38,381 bases of DNA from a virus (taxonomy: Duplodnaviria; Caudoviricetes): the IMG/VR virus record IMGVR_UViG_3300037851_001505, positions 1-38,381 of that record; one strand, given 5' to 3'. Positions within the stretch are counted from its first letter, which is position 1; each line of letters opens with the position of its first letter. Below, piece after piece: positions 7,778 to 14,935 of this stretch. The position numbers were made by a program, and so were the translations under genes. The notes below the pieces were generated by a model that saw only the letters and a program-made list of their open reading frames with translations, did no database searches and was not told where the DNA came from.

Positions 7778-8827
7778 ATGATGAAGAAAACTGCGGTGTT
7801 TTTGTTTTTGCTGGCGCTCTTGATGAGCGGGTGCGAAGGTTACTCGGAAGAGGAAATTCAGACGATTGCAACGCAGGCGGCGCGTGGCACTCCGCCGCCT
7901 CCGGTCTTGCAGACATCGGGCGCGGAGTATGGGTATTACTTTTCGACCTTGACGCCTACTGCCAGTGGTCTCAGCGCGGTGGAGATTGCGGCGACTTACG
8001 CATATAACAATCAGATGATGCAGTCGAACATGGCGGCAACGCAGAGCGCGTTCAACGCGCAGATGGAACGCGAGCGGATCGCGGCGGTGCAGAGAGAGTT
8101 GGATGCCAAGGCAACAGCGGCATCGATCCAATCCACTCAGGATTACATCCACGGGGTGCAGACGCAGAGCGCTCAAGCGACGGTGGCGCAGGCGACGGAG
8201 ATCGCGCGGGCTGAGTCTACGCGGCAACAGTTCGCGATCAATAGGCAGTCTACCGAACAGGCGTGGAGAGTGACCGAGGCAGTGTTCCCAACGCACAACG
8301 CGTGGACGCAGGAAGCGGTGAAGATTCAAATGACGATCACTGCAGGCGAGGCGGAGCGGGTGCGCTTGGAAGTTGAAAAGCAACAGGCGAAGAACCTGCT
8401 TGATGCGTACCTGCCCTGGGCGATTGTGGTCTTCACGCTGGGGGTCAGTTCGGAGGGGATGCGTAAGTGGCTGAAGACAAAAGTTTTCCAGCGCGATGAG
8501 AGCGGCAAGTCGCCGGTGGTGGCGATGGAGACAGACAACGGCAACCGGGTGATCGTGAGACCGGAGTTGATGACAACACCGACGATGGTGGTGACGCCGC
8601 AGGGGCAGATTGTGCAATATCAGCCGGGCGATCCGGTGGAGCAGAGCAATGTGACCAAGCGGTCACAGTTGATCGAAGCGATCTCGCAATTGCCGCCACA
8701 GATGGCACAGCAGGGCAGGCAGATGTTGGGCGTGGACTTCGGGCGATCCAAGACACCGACGATTGAAATCGGATCGGGCGATAAGGCGTGGGTCGAAGAA
8801 GCGGAAGAGAAGTTGGAGGACGCATGA
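7778..8827 (+). CDS. Putative lipoprotein with A/T/Q-rich helical region and an internal TM segment
   Basis: MMKKTAVFLFLLALLMSG-C lipobox; GGAG RBS before ATG 7778; TM-like AYLPWAIVVFTLGV. Confidence 0.75.
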   Translation: MMKKTAVFLFLLALLMSGCEGYSEEEIQTIATQAARGTPPPPVLQTSGAEYGYYFSTLTPTASGLSAVEIAATYAYNNQMMQSNMAATQSAFNAQMERERIAAVQRELDAKATAASIQSTQDYIHGVQTQSAQATVAQATEIARAESTRQQFAINRQSTEQAWRVTEAVFPTHNAWTQEAVKIQMTITAGEAERVRLEVEKQQAKNLLDAYLPWAIVVFTLGVSSEGMRKWLKTKVFQRDESGKSPVVAMETDNGNRVIVRPELMTTPTMVVTPQGQIVQYQPGDPVEQSNVTKRSQLIEAISQLPPQMAQQGRQMLGVDFGRSKTPTIEIGSGDKAWVEEAEEKLEDA

Positions 8828-10140
8828 ACATGAATTCCAAGTTGCTGGTAAAGGCAGAAAACGTGGTGCGGATTGTGGAGACGGTTTTGCAGAGCCGCAC
8901 CGGTACCGATCCGAACATGATCGAGCGTTGGGTGCTCGAGCGCGCGGACAACGGCAACGTGTGGTTGTTCGCGGTGCTGGACGATCAGCGTTTGGGAAAG
9001 TTCGAGCCCTATGAGAAGGCGGCGCATCACCTGTCGTCATCCCTGCGTGGGATGCCGGTGATCATCGGCAATCACACCGGGTTGCGTTACGGATTTTTAT
9101 TGACGCCAAGACCTGCCCTGCCGGATGTGGTGCAGTACGCCCAATGGAAGAAGGGCGTGATGCAGTTGGGCATGGGGATGCGCGGCAAGCCGATCGAGAT
9201 CGGGTATGGCGATCTATCGCACACGATCGTTGCCGGGATGACGCGCTTCGGAAAATCAAATCTGTTGCGGCTGATGGCATTGCAGGCAAAGCAAGAAGGC
9301 TGGCAGTTGGCTCTGGGCGATCCGGACGGAGGCAGGACGTTTGGAAAGTTTGCCAATGACCCGGCGTTGATTTGCCCGATTGGGAAGACCCTCGATGCAA
9401 CGGTGGCTGTCGTCGGCAGAGTGCAAGAGTTGATGCAGGAACGTGCGCGGCTGTTCGATGCCTTGTCCTCGATGCCGGATGATTTGGCGGAATACAACGA
9501 GACAGCGGAAACCCAACTCGCTCCGGTGCTGGTGATGCTGGATGAGTTCAACGGCACGGTCATGGCGACGGGCGGCGTAAATGGATCATTTGCGCAGGCG
9601 ACGACGATCATTGCCTGGCAGGCGGCTAAGTTTGGGATTCGCTTGGTGCTGGCGGGTCAGGACTTCAGCAAGGATATTGTGGGTCCCGTGCGCGAGCAGA
9701 TGATGACGCGGATTTGTTTGCGCGTGGAGAATGCGACCGTGAGTAGTGTTGTGCTGGGTCGCGCTGGCGCGGAGGCGTTGGCTGTGCCGGGTCGGGCGAT
9801 GACGAATCGGTGGGGGACGATCCAGACGTACTTTGTGGATAAGTCTCAGATCGGAAAGGATGCCATCGGGCTGACGAGCGAAGAGCGGACGATTGCGGAG
9901 TACATCATTTCCAAGCACAACGGCAGGATGACGCAGAAGGCACTGGAGGATTTCGGTATTACACAGCGGCGGGCGCGAGAAGTGCGGGCGGATTGGATGA
10001 AGCGCGGCTTGGCGGAAATCAAACCGGATCGGGACAATGCGTTGTGTTTGACCGCTATTTTTGATGCACCAACCGGTTCGTGCGTTCGTGCGGACCGTCC
10101 GGTTCGTGCAGAAAATCAGGTTGAGGAGGCGCAGGCATGA
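8824..10140 (+). CDS. FtsK/SpoIIIE-family ATPase (DNA translocase-like)
   Basis: Walker A GMTRFGKS, Walker B LVMLDEF, GIRLVLAGQ, TRICLRV, LG..GAEAL..PGRA; C-terminal winged-helix-like segment; GGAGG RBS. Confidence 0.85.
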   Translation: MNMNSKLLVKAENVVRIVETVLQSRTGTDPNMIERWVLERADNGNVWLFAVLDDQRLGKFEPYEKAAHHLSSSLRGMPVIIGNHTGLRYGFLLTPRPALPDVVQYAQWKKGVMQLGMGMRGKPIEIGYGDLSHTIVAGMTRFGKSNLLRLMALQAKQEGWQLALGDPDGGRTFGKFANDPALICPIGKTLDATVAVVGRVQELMQERARLFDALSSMPDDLAEYNETAETQLAPVLVMLDEFNGTVMATGGVNGSFAQATTIIAWQAAKFGIRLVLAGQDFSKDIVGPVREQMMTRICLRVENATVSSVVLGRAGAEALAVPGRAMTNRWGTIQTYFVDKSQIGKDAIGLTSEERTIAEYIISKHNGRMTQKALEDFGITQRRAREVRADWMKRGLAEIKPDRDNALCLTAIFDAPTGSCVRADRPVRAENQVEEAQA

Positions 10141-11027
10141 AAAAGAAACAGGTGAAGCGTGGTTTTGTGGAGAGCGTGGTGCTGGTGCTGGAGGGCGCAC
10201 TCAATTTGAGCCGGGCGTTCGAGCGATTACTGGTGGATGTGGTCGCGGCATTTGTGCCGTGGCTGGCGCCGATCATTCCGGCATATTTGGCATACGACAA
10301 TATCTACAATCAATTGCATCTCCCCTTGCCAGTCGCGGTGATCGGCGCGATCGTGGTCGAGTGTTTGGGTCTGGCGACGGTGACGACGGTGGTGCAGTTC
10401 GACGAGTTCAACTCGACTAAGGGCAATGACGATAAGTCTGCGCCGTTTTTGGTGGCGGCAGGAACAGCAATCTTTTACCTGATCGTCGTGCTGACGGTGA
10501 ACGCGATGCTGGACAATTCGGATGCATTGCATAAGGTGACGAAGGGAATGCTCTCGACGTTGAGCGTGGCAGGCGCGTTGACGATCTCTTTGCGCGGGCA
10601 ACATGCGCGGCGGCTGACTGCGAAGCTGACGCGGGATGAGCAGTCGGCGGCAAAACTGGACGCGCTCGAAAAAGAGGAGCGCGAGTTCAAGCGCAAGGAA
10701 AAAGAGGAGCGACGCAAGGAACGCTTCGAGTTAAAGAAGCTGGAACTTGAGAAGAAAGTTTCAGAGCCTGCGGAAAGTTTCCAGAAAGTTTCGCAGGAAG
10801 CTGCGAAAGTTTCCGAAGAACAATGGACGGATTGGCGGCATGTTCCGCAAGAAGAGCGTTTGAAGATTGCGACGATGAAGCATTGGAAGCAAGTGCAGAA
10901 GGCGTACCCGTGGCTGATCGAAAAGACGGCGCAGAATTGGTTGAAGCGCGCGGCGCAGGAAAGCGGGATTGTAGGCGAGGTGGCGCAGTTCCATCAACAC
11001 GATGAGGTGAGTGATGCCAGCATATAA
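10137..11027 (+). CDS. Multi-TM protein with coiled coil and possible C-terminal HTH
   Basis: About four hydrophobic segments, then a charged coil and a short helical C-domain; coupled to the FtsK gene (ATGA). Confidence 0.75.
   Translation: MKKKQVKRGFVESVVLVLEGALNLSRAFERLLVDVVAAFVPWLAPIIPAYLAYDNIYNQLHLPLPVAVIGAIVVECLGLATVTTVVQFDEFNSTKGNDDKSAPFLVAAGTAIFYLIVVLTVNAMLDNSDALHKVTKGMLSTLSVAGALTISLRGQHARRLTAKLTRDEQSAAKLDALEKEEREFKRKEKEERRKERFELKKLELEKKVSEPAESFQKVSQEAAKVSEEQWTDWRHVPQEERLKIATMKHWKQVQKAYPWLIEKTAQNWLKRAAQESGIVGEVAQFHQHDEVSDASI
10754..10813 (+). repeat. Four direct copies of GAAAGTTTC within a CDS
   Basis: Copies start at 10754, 10773, 10784 and 10805, in two different reading frames. 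Confidence 0.8.
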
Positions 11028-11418
11028 CTTTCAGAAACGATTTGTCACGAAGATCGTGACGGGTGAGAAGTGTCAGACGATTCGCAAGCCGAGGAAGTAT
11101 CCGACGAAGCCCGGTCACATGATCTATATGTATACCGGACTGCGGACGAAGAACGCAGTGATGATTGCACGATCTCCATGCATTGAAGTGACGCCAATGA
11201 TGATTTTTCCTGAATGGAAAAAGATAACTAACTTGCTGACAGACAAACCGTGCTCCTTCGTAGAGATATTTCAAATTGCTTTGGACGATGGGTTCGATGA
11301 TATCGGTTCATTCTTCGGTTTCTTCACGACAGCCTACAAAGAAAACATTCTTACTATGGAAATCATCAAATGGAACCGCAACCTGCTCGAGGTGAACTAT
11401 GTTGAAGAACAGCGATGA
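11014..11418 (+). CDS. ASCH/PUA-like domain protein
   Basis: F..KIVTGEKCQTIR...PG..IYMYTGLRTK and IALDDGF motifs. Confidence 0.65.
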   Translation: MPAYNFQKRFVTKIVTGEKCQTIRKPRKYPTKPGHMIYMYTGLRTKNAVMIARSPCIEVTPMMIFPEWKKITNLLTDKPCSFVEIFQIALDDGFDDIGSFFGFFTTAYKENILTMEIIKWNRNLLEVNYVEEQR

Positions 11419-11911
11419 TCAGATTGTGGTCGAGAACAGCATGAGCGCGGAGTGGACGCGCCGCCTGCATGTGATGGGCAACAAGCCGCCGATTGATGGC
11501 TGGTGCGATTATGTTCCGGATGGTGTTGCGCGGGAGTTGAAGCGTTACACCGAAGCGGGTGTGCATCACTTGGAGATCGAATGGCGGGCGCGTGAGGCGA
11601 CGGTCTTGCGCTTTCAGGCGATGGAGTTCGCGCTGACGCGCCATGCGGTGGTGTGGGCGCTGGAGCCGGAGAACCGCGTGAGCGTTGAAGCGCAAAAAGC
11701 GATTGAGGCGTTCCGGCATTTTTACGGTCATGCCCCGGATAACATTTGCATTAAGCGTTTACCGCGCGGTGTGGATGACGGCGTTGCCCTCACCCTGCCC
11801 TCTCCCGATGGGAGAGGAGAGGAGATTTTGCTTATTCAGGCGGACTGGGTGCCGGAGGGCTTTCTCTCTGTGAACGATGCGGCACGGATTGTGTGGACGA
11901 AGGAGATTTAA
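11399..11911 (+). CDS. Hypothetical protein with an in-frame REP-like insertion
   Basis: GAGGTG RBS; 170 aa; CCCTCACCCTGCCCTCTCCCGATGGGAGAGG at 11787-11817. Confidence 0.65.
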   Translation: MLKNSDDQIVVENSMSAEWTRRLHVMGNKPPIDGWCDYVPDGVARELKRYTEAGVHHLEIEWRAREATVLRFQAMEFALTRHAVVWALEPENRVSVEAQKAIEAFRHFYGHAPDNICIKRLPRGVDDGVALTLPSPDGRGEEILLIQADWVPEGFLSVNDAARIVWTKEI

Positions 11912-11912
11912 C

Positions 11913-12185
11913 ATGAGCGAACTGGACGGGTTGGCTCAATGGAAGTGTGAGCATGGGCATGTGCTCGGGTTTGTGGAACGGCGCAAGCTGGATCGATATC
12001 ATGTGATGGTGTTGCTGGCTCTGCGGCAGGCGATTGACCTGCAGGCGGAGTCGCCGATTGAGCCGGACGTGAGCATGATCCTCGACGGCGGGGCGACGGT
12101 GATCTGCTCGGTGTGCCGCGAGACGCGGTACTTCAGCCCGTCGCAGGCGGCGCTGGATCGGATGCTGGCGAGGGTGGCGAAGTGA
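11913..12185 (+). CDS. Small zinc-ribbon-like protein
   Basis: WKCEHGHVLG...VICSVC; AAGGAG RBS. Confidence 0.7.
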   Translation: MSELDGLAQWKCEHGHVLGFVERRKLDRYHVMVLLALRQAIDLQAESPIEPDVSMILDGGATVICSVCRETRYFSPSQAALDRMLARVAK

Positions 12186-12418
12186 AGTCAGGTGACGTGT
12201 TAAAAACAATGCGACCGGGCGATCATGGCACCCGGAAATATTTGGAGAAATATGGCGCGCGCCTTGTCGCAGTGCGCTATCGTGGAAATGCACAGAGGCG
12301 TGTGCGTTCGACGACGATTGAGATTGTCGTGGAGGAGAAGTTTTGGATGCCGCATCGGAGATCGATCGATGCGATGTTGATGGGATGTCCAGTAATGGAC
12401 AGTCCGTCAAAAACATAG
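12182..12418 (+). CDS. Small basic hypothetical protein ending at the attI-like crossover
   Basis: GTG coupled to the previous stop; KTMRPGDHGTRKYLEKYGARLVAVRYR...TIEIVVEE; the G of its TAG stop is the G of G|TTATGC. Confidence 0.65.
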   Translation: MKSGDVLKTMRPGDHGTRKYLEKYGARLVAVRYRGNAQRRVRSTTIEIVVEEKFWMPHRRSIDAMLMGCPVMDSPSKT

Positions 12419-12424
12419 TTATGC
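12373..12424 (+). other. attI-like integron insertion site
   Basis: CAGTCCGTCAAAAACATAG|TTATGC heads the first cassette, with no attC hairpin upstream; TGTCCA-GTAA-TGGACA dyad at 12386-12401. Confidence 0.65.
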
Positions 12425-12436
12425 CCCTTTCCTAAG

Positions 12437-12465
12437 TTGACAAAGTACGCTAAATAGTGTACAAT
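12437..12465 (+). promoter_or_regulatory. Cassette-internal sigma70-type promoter with overlapping dyad
   Basis: TTGACA 12437-12442 / 17 bp / TACAAT 12460-12465; near-palindrome GTACGCTAAATAGTGTAC at 12445-12462. Confidence 0.75.
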
Positions 12466-12487
12466 CTAAGAAAGGAGATAATAAGCC

Positions 12488-12949
12488 ATGAAAGAAACAA
12501 TGATTCGATTGTCAGATTTTCGGGAAGTTTTGAAAGACATCCAGATTGCCGCCCGTGTTCAGCGTGGAGAAATATTTGATTTGGATACAGTTTGGGAAAG
12601 TCCCGAAATCGTCTTGCTCAAATGGAGCGATGAAGCAAACCCCAACGGAGAAGGCGGTTTTATTTATGATGATGGCGGATGGGGCTTTGCTGGCTTTCAT
12701 CTTCCTACAAAAACATTCCACCGCTATTTTGAAGGCGATAGAGAACATTGCTTGCGAGTAATTGAAGCGCAAACCGTGAGCAAGGCAGAGTTTGCTGAAA
12801 ATCAAGGTAAGGTTTGGTCGTGGATAAATGCTGAAACTGGCGAAAAAGAATTATTGCCAATTCCTTATTTGCCATTGAACACGCCAGAAGAATATGCGGC
12901 AGGAATTGAAATGTTGAAACAAATCAATGCTGGAGCAAAGAAGGGATGA
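12488..12949 (+). CDS. Cassette 1 gene A, hypothetical protein
   Basis: AAAGGAG RBS; 153 aa; no recognised motif. Confidence 0.8.
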   Translation: MKETMIRLSDFREVLKDIQIAARVQRGEIFDLDTVWESPEIVLLKWSDEANPNGEGGFIYDDGGWGFAGFHLPTKTFHRYFEGDREHCLRVIEAQTVSKAEFAENQGKVWSWINAETGEKELLPIPYLPLNTPEEYAAGIEMLKQINAGAKKG

Positions 12950-13191
12950 CTTCTTCTGAGTTTCTCGAATTTCTATCCAAAGAAGTGGCGGCGGCAGGCG
13001 GTCAAACGCTTTACGCCGTCCACGTTGGTATCAGCAAGCAGTATTTGAATGACATCTTGAAAGGCAGAAAAGAGCCTGGCGTGAAGTTGCTGAAAGCAAT
13101 CGGCTTCAAAAAGATTGTCACTTATGAACCCACACGGGGCATAACACTGCTTGCACAGGATGGCGGGGATTCTCCCGCCAAAAAAACTTAA
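12946..13191 (+). CDS. Cassette 1 gene B, Cro/XRE-type HTH protein
   Basis: GGQTLYAVHVGISKQYLNDILKGRKEPG; ATGA-coupled; reads into attC1. Confidence 0.8.
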   Translation: MTSSEFLEFLSKEVAAAGGQTLYAVHVGISKQYLNDILKGRKEPGVKLLKAIGFKKIVTYEPTRGITLLAQDGGDSPAKKT

Positions 13192-13266
13192 TCTACACTT
13201 TGGGCTTTATCTGGTCTCAGGCATTTTTCTACACCCGCCCGCCACCTGTAAAGCCAGCCGTTGGGC
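13139..13266 (+). other. attC site 1 (128 bp)
   Basis: R'' GCATAAC ... R' GTTGGGC; arms GCTTGCACAGGATGGCGGG / CCCGCCACCTGTAAAGC pair with two extra bases on the left arm. Confidence 0.9.
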
Positions 13267-13295
13267 GGCTCTCGCTCAACAAGGAGAATTGAAAA

Positions 13296-13562
13296 ATGTC
13301 AGATAAAAAACGCGTGTCTCGCGCCCCTCGTGGTTATCGAATTGTTTTGTGGGCTGATGGTTTTTATCATGTGTATTTCGGCGGTGAGTGCATTGATGAA
13401 GTTTTGTCTCGGTGGGCAGGCATAGCGGTTTGCAAAAAACATAAAGCCGCCCAACAAGGCGTGTACTGGACGCAGGGGATTCACTCCGCTGAAATGCTTT
13501 TATCTCATCCTGAATATTCAACTACCGCGCAGGCTTTATCTACGCCCGCCCTGCGCCAGTAA
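13296..13562 (+). CDS. Cassette 2 gene, hypothetical protein
   Basis: AAGGAG RBS at 13281; reads through attC2. Confidence 0.7.
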   Translation: MSDKKRVSRAPRGYRIVLWADGFYHVYFGGECIDEVLSRWAGIAVCKKHKAAQQGVYWTQGIHSAEMLLSHPEYSTTAQALSTPALRQ

Positions 13563-13576
13563 CGCAAAAGTTAGCA
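13449..13576 (+). other. attC site 2 (128 bp)
   Basis: R'' GCCCAAC ... R' GTTAGCA; arms GCGT(G)TACTGG(A)CGCAGGG / CCCTGCGCCAGTAACGC pair perfectly apart from two extrahelical bases. Confidence 0.9.
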
Positions 13577-13599
13577 AGCCTAAGAAAAGGAGTCTTACG

Positions 13600-13938
13600 A
13601 TGGAAAGAACAATGAATGGTCGTGAATTGCGAAATGCACTTTTACACATGGCGCAAAATATCCATGATGACGAAACCAAGCCCGTTCAAGAATGGCTTGA
13701 TGAAGTTCATGGAACTATTTTGGGAACGAGTGACGGGGCATTGTGCCAAAAAGAAATCGTGAAAACCGTTGCTCAAATGGTTCTTGATGAGCCCAAAATG
13801 CTCAGGGCTTTGTCTGGTGAAATTGGCAATTGGTCGCCAGCGGCATTGGCACGTGCTATTCGTGAATATGGCAAAGAATATGGTTTGTCACTCAGCCGAA
13901 AGGCTGAAGGGTGGCAGGTCGCATTTGCGGCTTGCTAA
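13600..13938 (+). CDS. Cassette 3 gene, hypothetical protein
   Basis: AAAAGGAG RBS; its TAA stop lies inside R'' (TGCTAAC), as is typical for cassettes. Confidence 0.8.
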   Translation: MERTMNGRELRNALLHMAQNIHDDETKPVQEWLDEVHGTILGTSDGALCQKEIVKTVAQMVLDEPKMLRALSGEIGNWSPAALARAIREYGKEYGLSLSRKAEGWQVAFAAC

Positions 13939-14062
13939 CACAGCGTCGAGCGGACAGGTTGGATTCTGTGCGGTTTACAGGCTTGATACTGGCTTCGGGC
14001 TTTTCCTGCTCTCAGGCATTGTTCCAGCCCGCCAACCTGTCCGCTCACGCAAACCGTTGGGC
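13933..14062 (+). other. attC site 3 (130 bp)
   Basis: R'' TGCTAAC ... R' GTTGGGC; arms GCGT(C)GAGCGGACAGGTTGG / CCAACCTGTCCGCTCACGC pair with one extrahelical base. Confidence 0.9.
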
Positions 14063-14083
14063 GTTGTAGAGTAAAATACAACT

Positions 14084-14224
14084 ATGTTCTTATTCAGCAG
14101 ACGCGAATCAAAGCGAGCGATGCGCAAGTTGAGCGAGCCCAACAACCCCTGGGGCGAAATAGTTTTTTATCTGTTCATAGGCTTGATCATTTTCGGCGTG
14201 ATTAAGTGGTTATTGACAAACTAG
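14084..14224 (+). CDS. 46-aa single-TM peptide
   Basis: Hand-translated MFLFSRRESKRAMRKLSEPNNPWGEIVFYLFIGLIIFGVIKWLLTN; TAAAAT at 14072-14077 just upstream, so possibly leaderless. Confidence 0.5.
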   Translation: MFLFSRRESKRAMRKLSEPNNPWGEIVFYLFIGLIIFGVIKWLLTN

Positions 14225-14241
14225 AACGTATATTCTAAAAT
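14213..14241 (+). promoter_or_regulatory. sigma70-type promoter with a LexA-box-like dyad in the spacer
   Basis: TTGACA 14213-14218 / 17 bp / TAAAAT 14236-14241; TAGAAC-GTAT-ATTCTA at 14222-14237. Confidence 0.75.
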
Positions 14242-14311
14242 AGAAGGCAGAACAGCCAATATGCGGGCCCGCAGTCCCCATGTTGGCTGTTCGCATTTAA
14301 CGGAGGTGTGA

Positions 14312-14935
14312 ATGCCAGTAGCGCAACCAACCTATCAACTGCCGCTCGATCTGGATTTGCCGGAACCAGATGAGGAAAAGCAATCACCGGAAGAAGCGAA
14401 GATACGATCCGAGGCGGCGCGTAAGGCGCTCGAAAATATGTACGGGCGGATTGGCGCACCGCGCTGGATCGAAGAATACAACGAGCTGGTAAAGGGCGGA
14501 TGGCATTGGAGGGTGGCGGCATACATTGCCTGGGCATCAAGCCCGAAGGTGGCCCGAGAACCAAAGACACAAGATGACCTGGCGCGGATCCATTTGGGGT
14601 TAACGAGCGATCGCGCGATCAGCACATGGCGCAAGCGCAACCCCGCAATTGATGAGGTGGTGAGGATTATGCAGGCGGCTCCATTGTTCAAGCACCGCGC
14701 GGAAATATTCACCGCGCTCGTGGCAGTGGCGGTGAAGCCGGAATACAAGAGTCACAACGATCGCAAACTGGCGCTTGAGTTGATGGGCGATTACCTGCCC
14801 GCGAAGAAGGTGCTGGCGTCGCTCTCGAAGCGCGGGGATGACGACGATGTGTCCGCTTTGAGCGACGATCAACTTCAGGAACTAGCGAGAGCTTTGTCGA
14901 TAAGCGAGGATGACCATGACGATCACACCGGATAA
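14312..14935 (+). CDS. Terminase-small-subunit-like HTH protein, paralogue 1
   Basis: GGAGGTG RBS; WRVAAYIAWA..P...REPKTQDDLA...LGLTSDRAI..WRK shared with 19803-20447. Confidence 0.65.
   Translation: MPVAQPTYQLPLDLDLPEPDEEKQSPEEAKIRSEAARKALENMYGRIGAPRWIEEYNELVKGGWHWRVAAYIAWASSPKVAREPKTQDDLARIHLGLTSDRAISTWRKRNPAIDEVVRIMQAAPLFKHRAEIFTALVAVAVKPEYKSHNDRKLALELMGDYLPAKKVLASLSKRGDDDDVSALSDDQLQELARALSISEDDHDDHTG

Larger units (their letters stand above)
12418..14062 (+). mobile_element. Integron gene-cassette array (three cassettes, no intI in window)
   Basis: Cassettes 12419-13260, 13261-13570 and 13571-14056, each ending in an attC; visibly AT-richer than the phage backbone. Confidence 0.9.

Noticed and set aside
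13769-14074. 101-aa plus-strand ORF across attC3
   Set aside because: Alternative frame overlapping the cassette 3 gene and attC; no RBS.
14057-14212. A fourth cassette (GCCCAAC at 14137-14143 complements GTTGGGC at 14056)
   Set aside because: Only a 7-bp match, with no paired arms or R' box after it, and it lies within a plausible 46-aa ORF.
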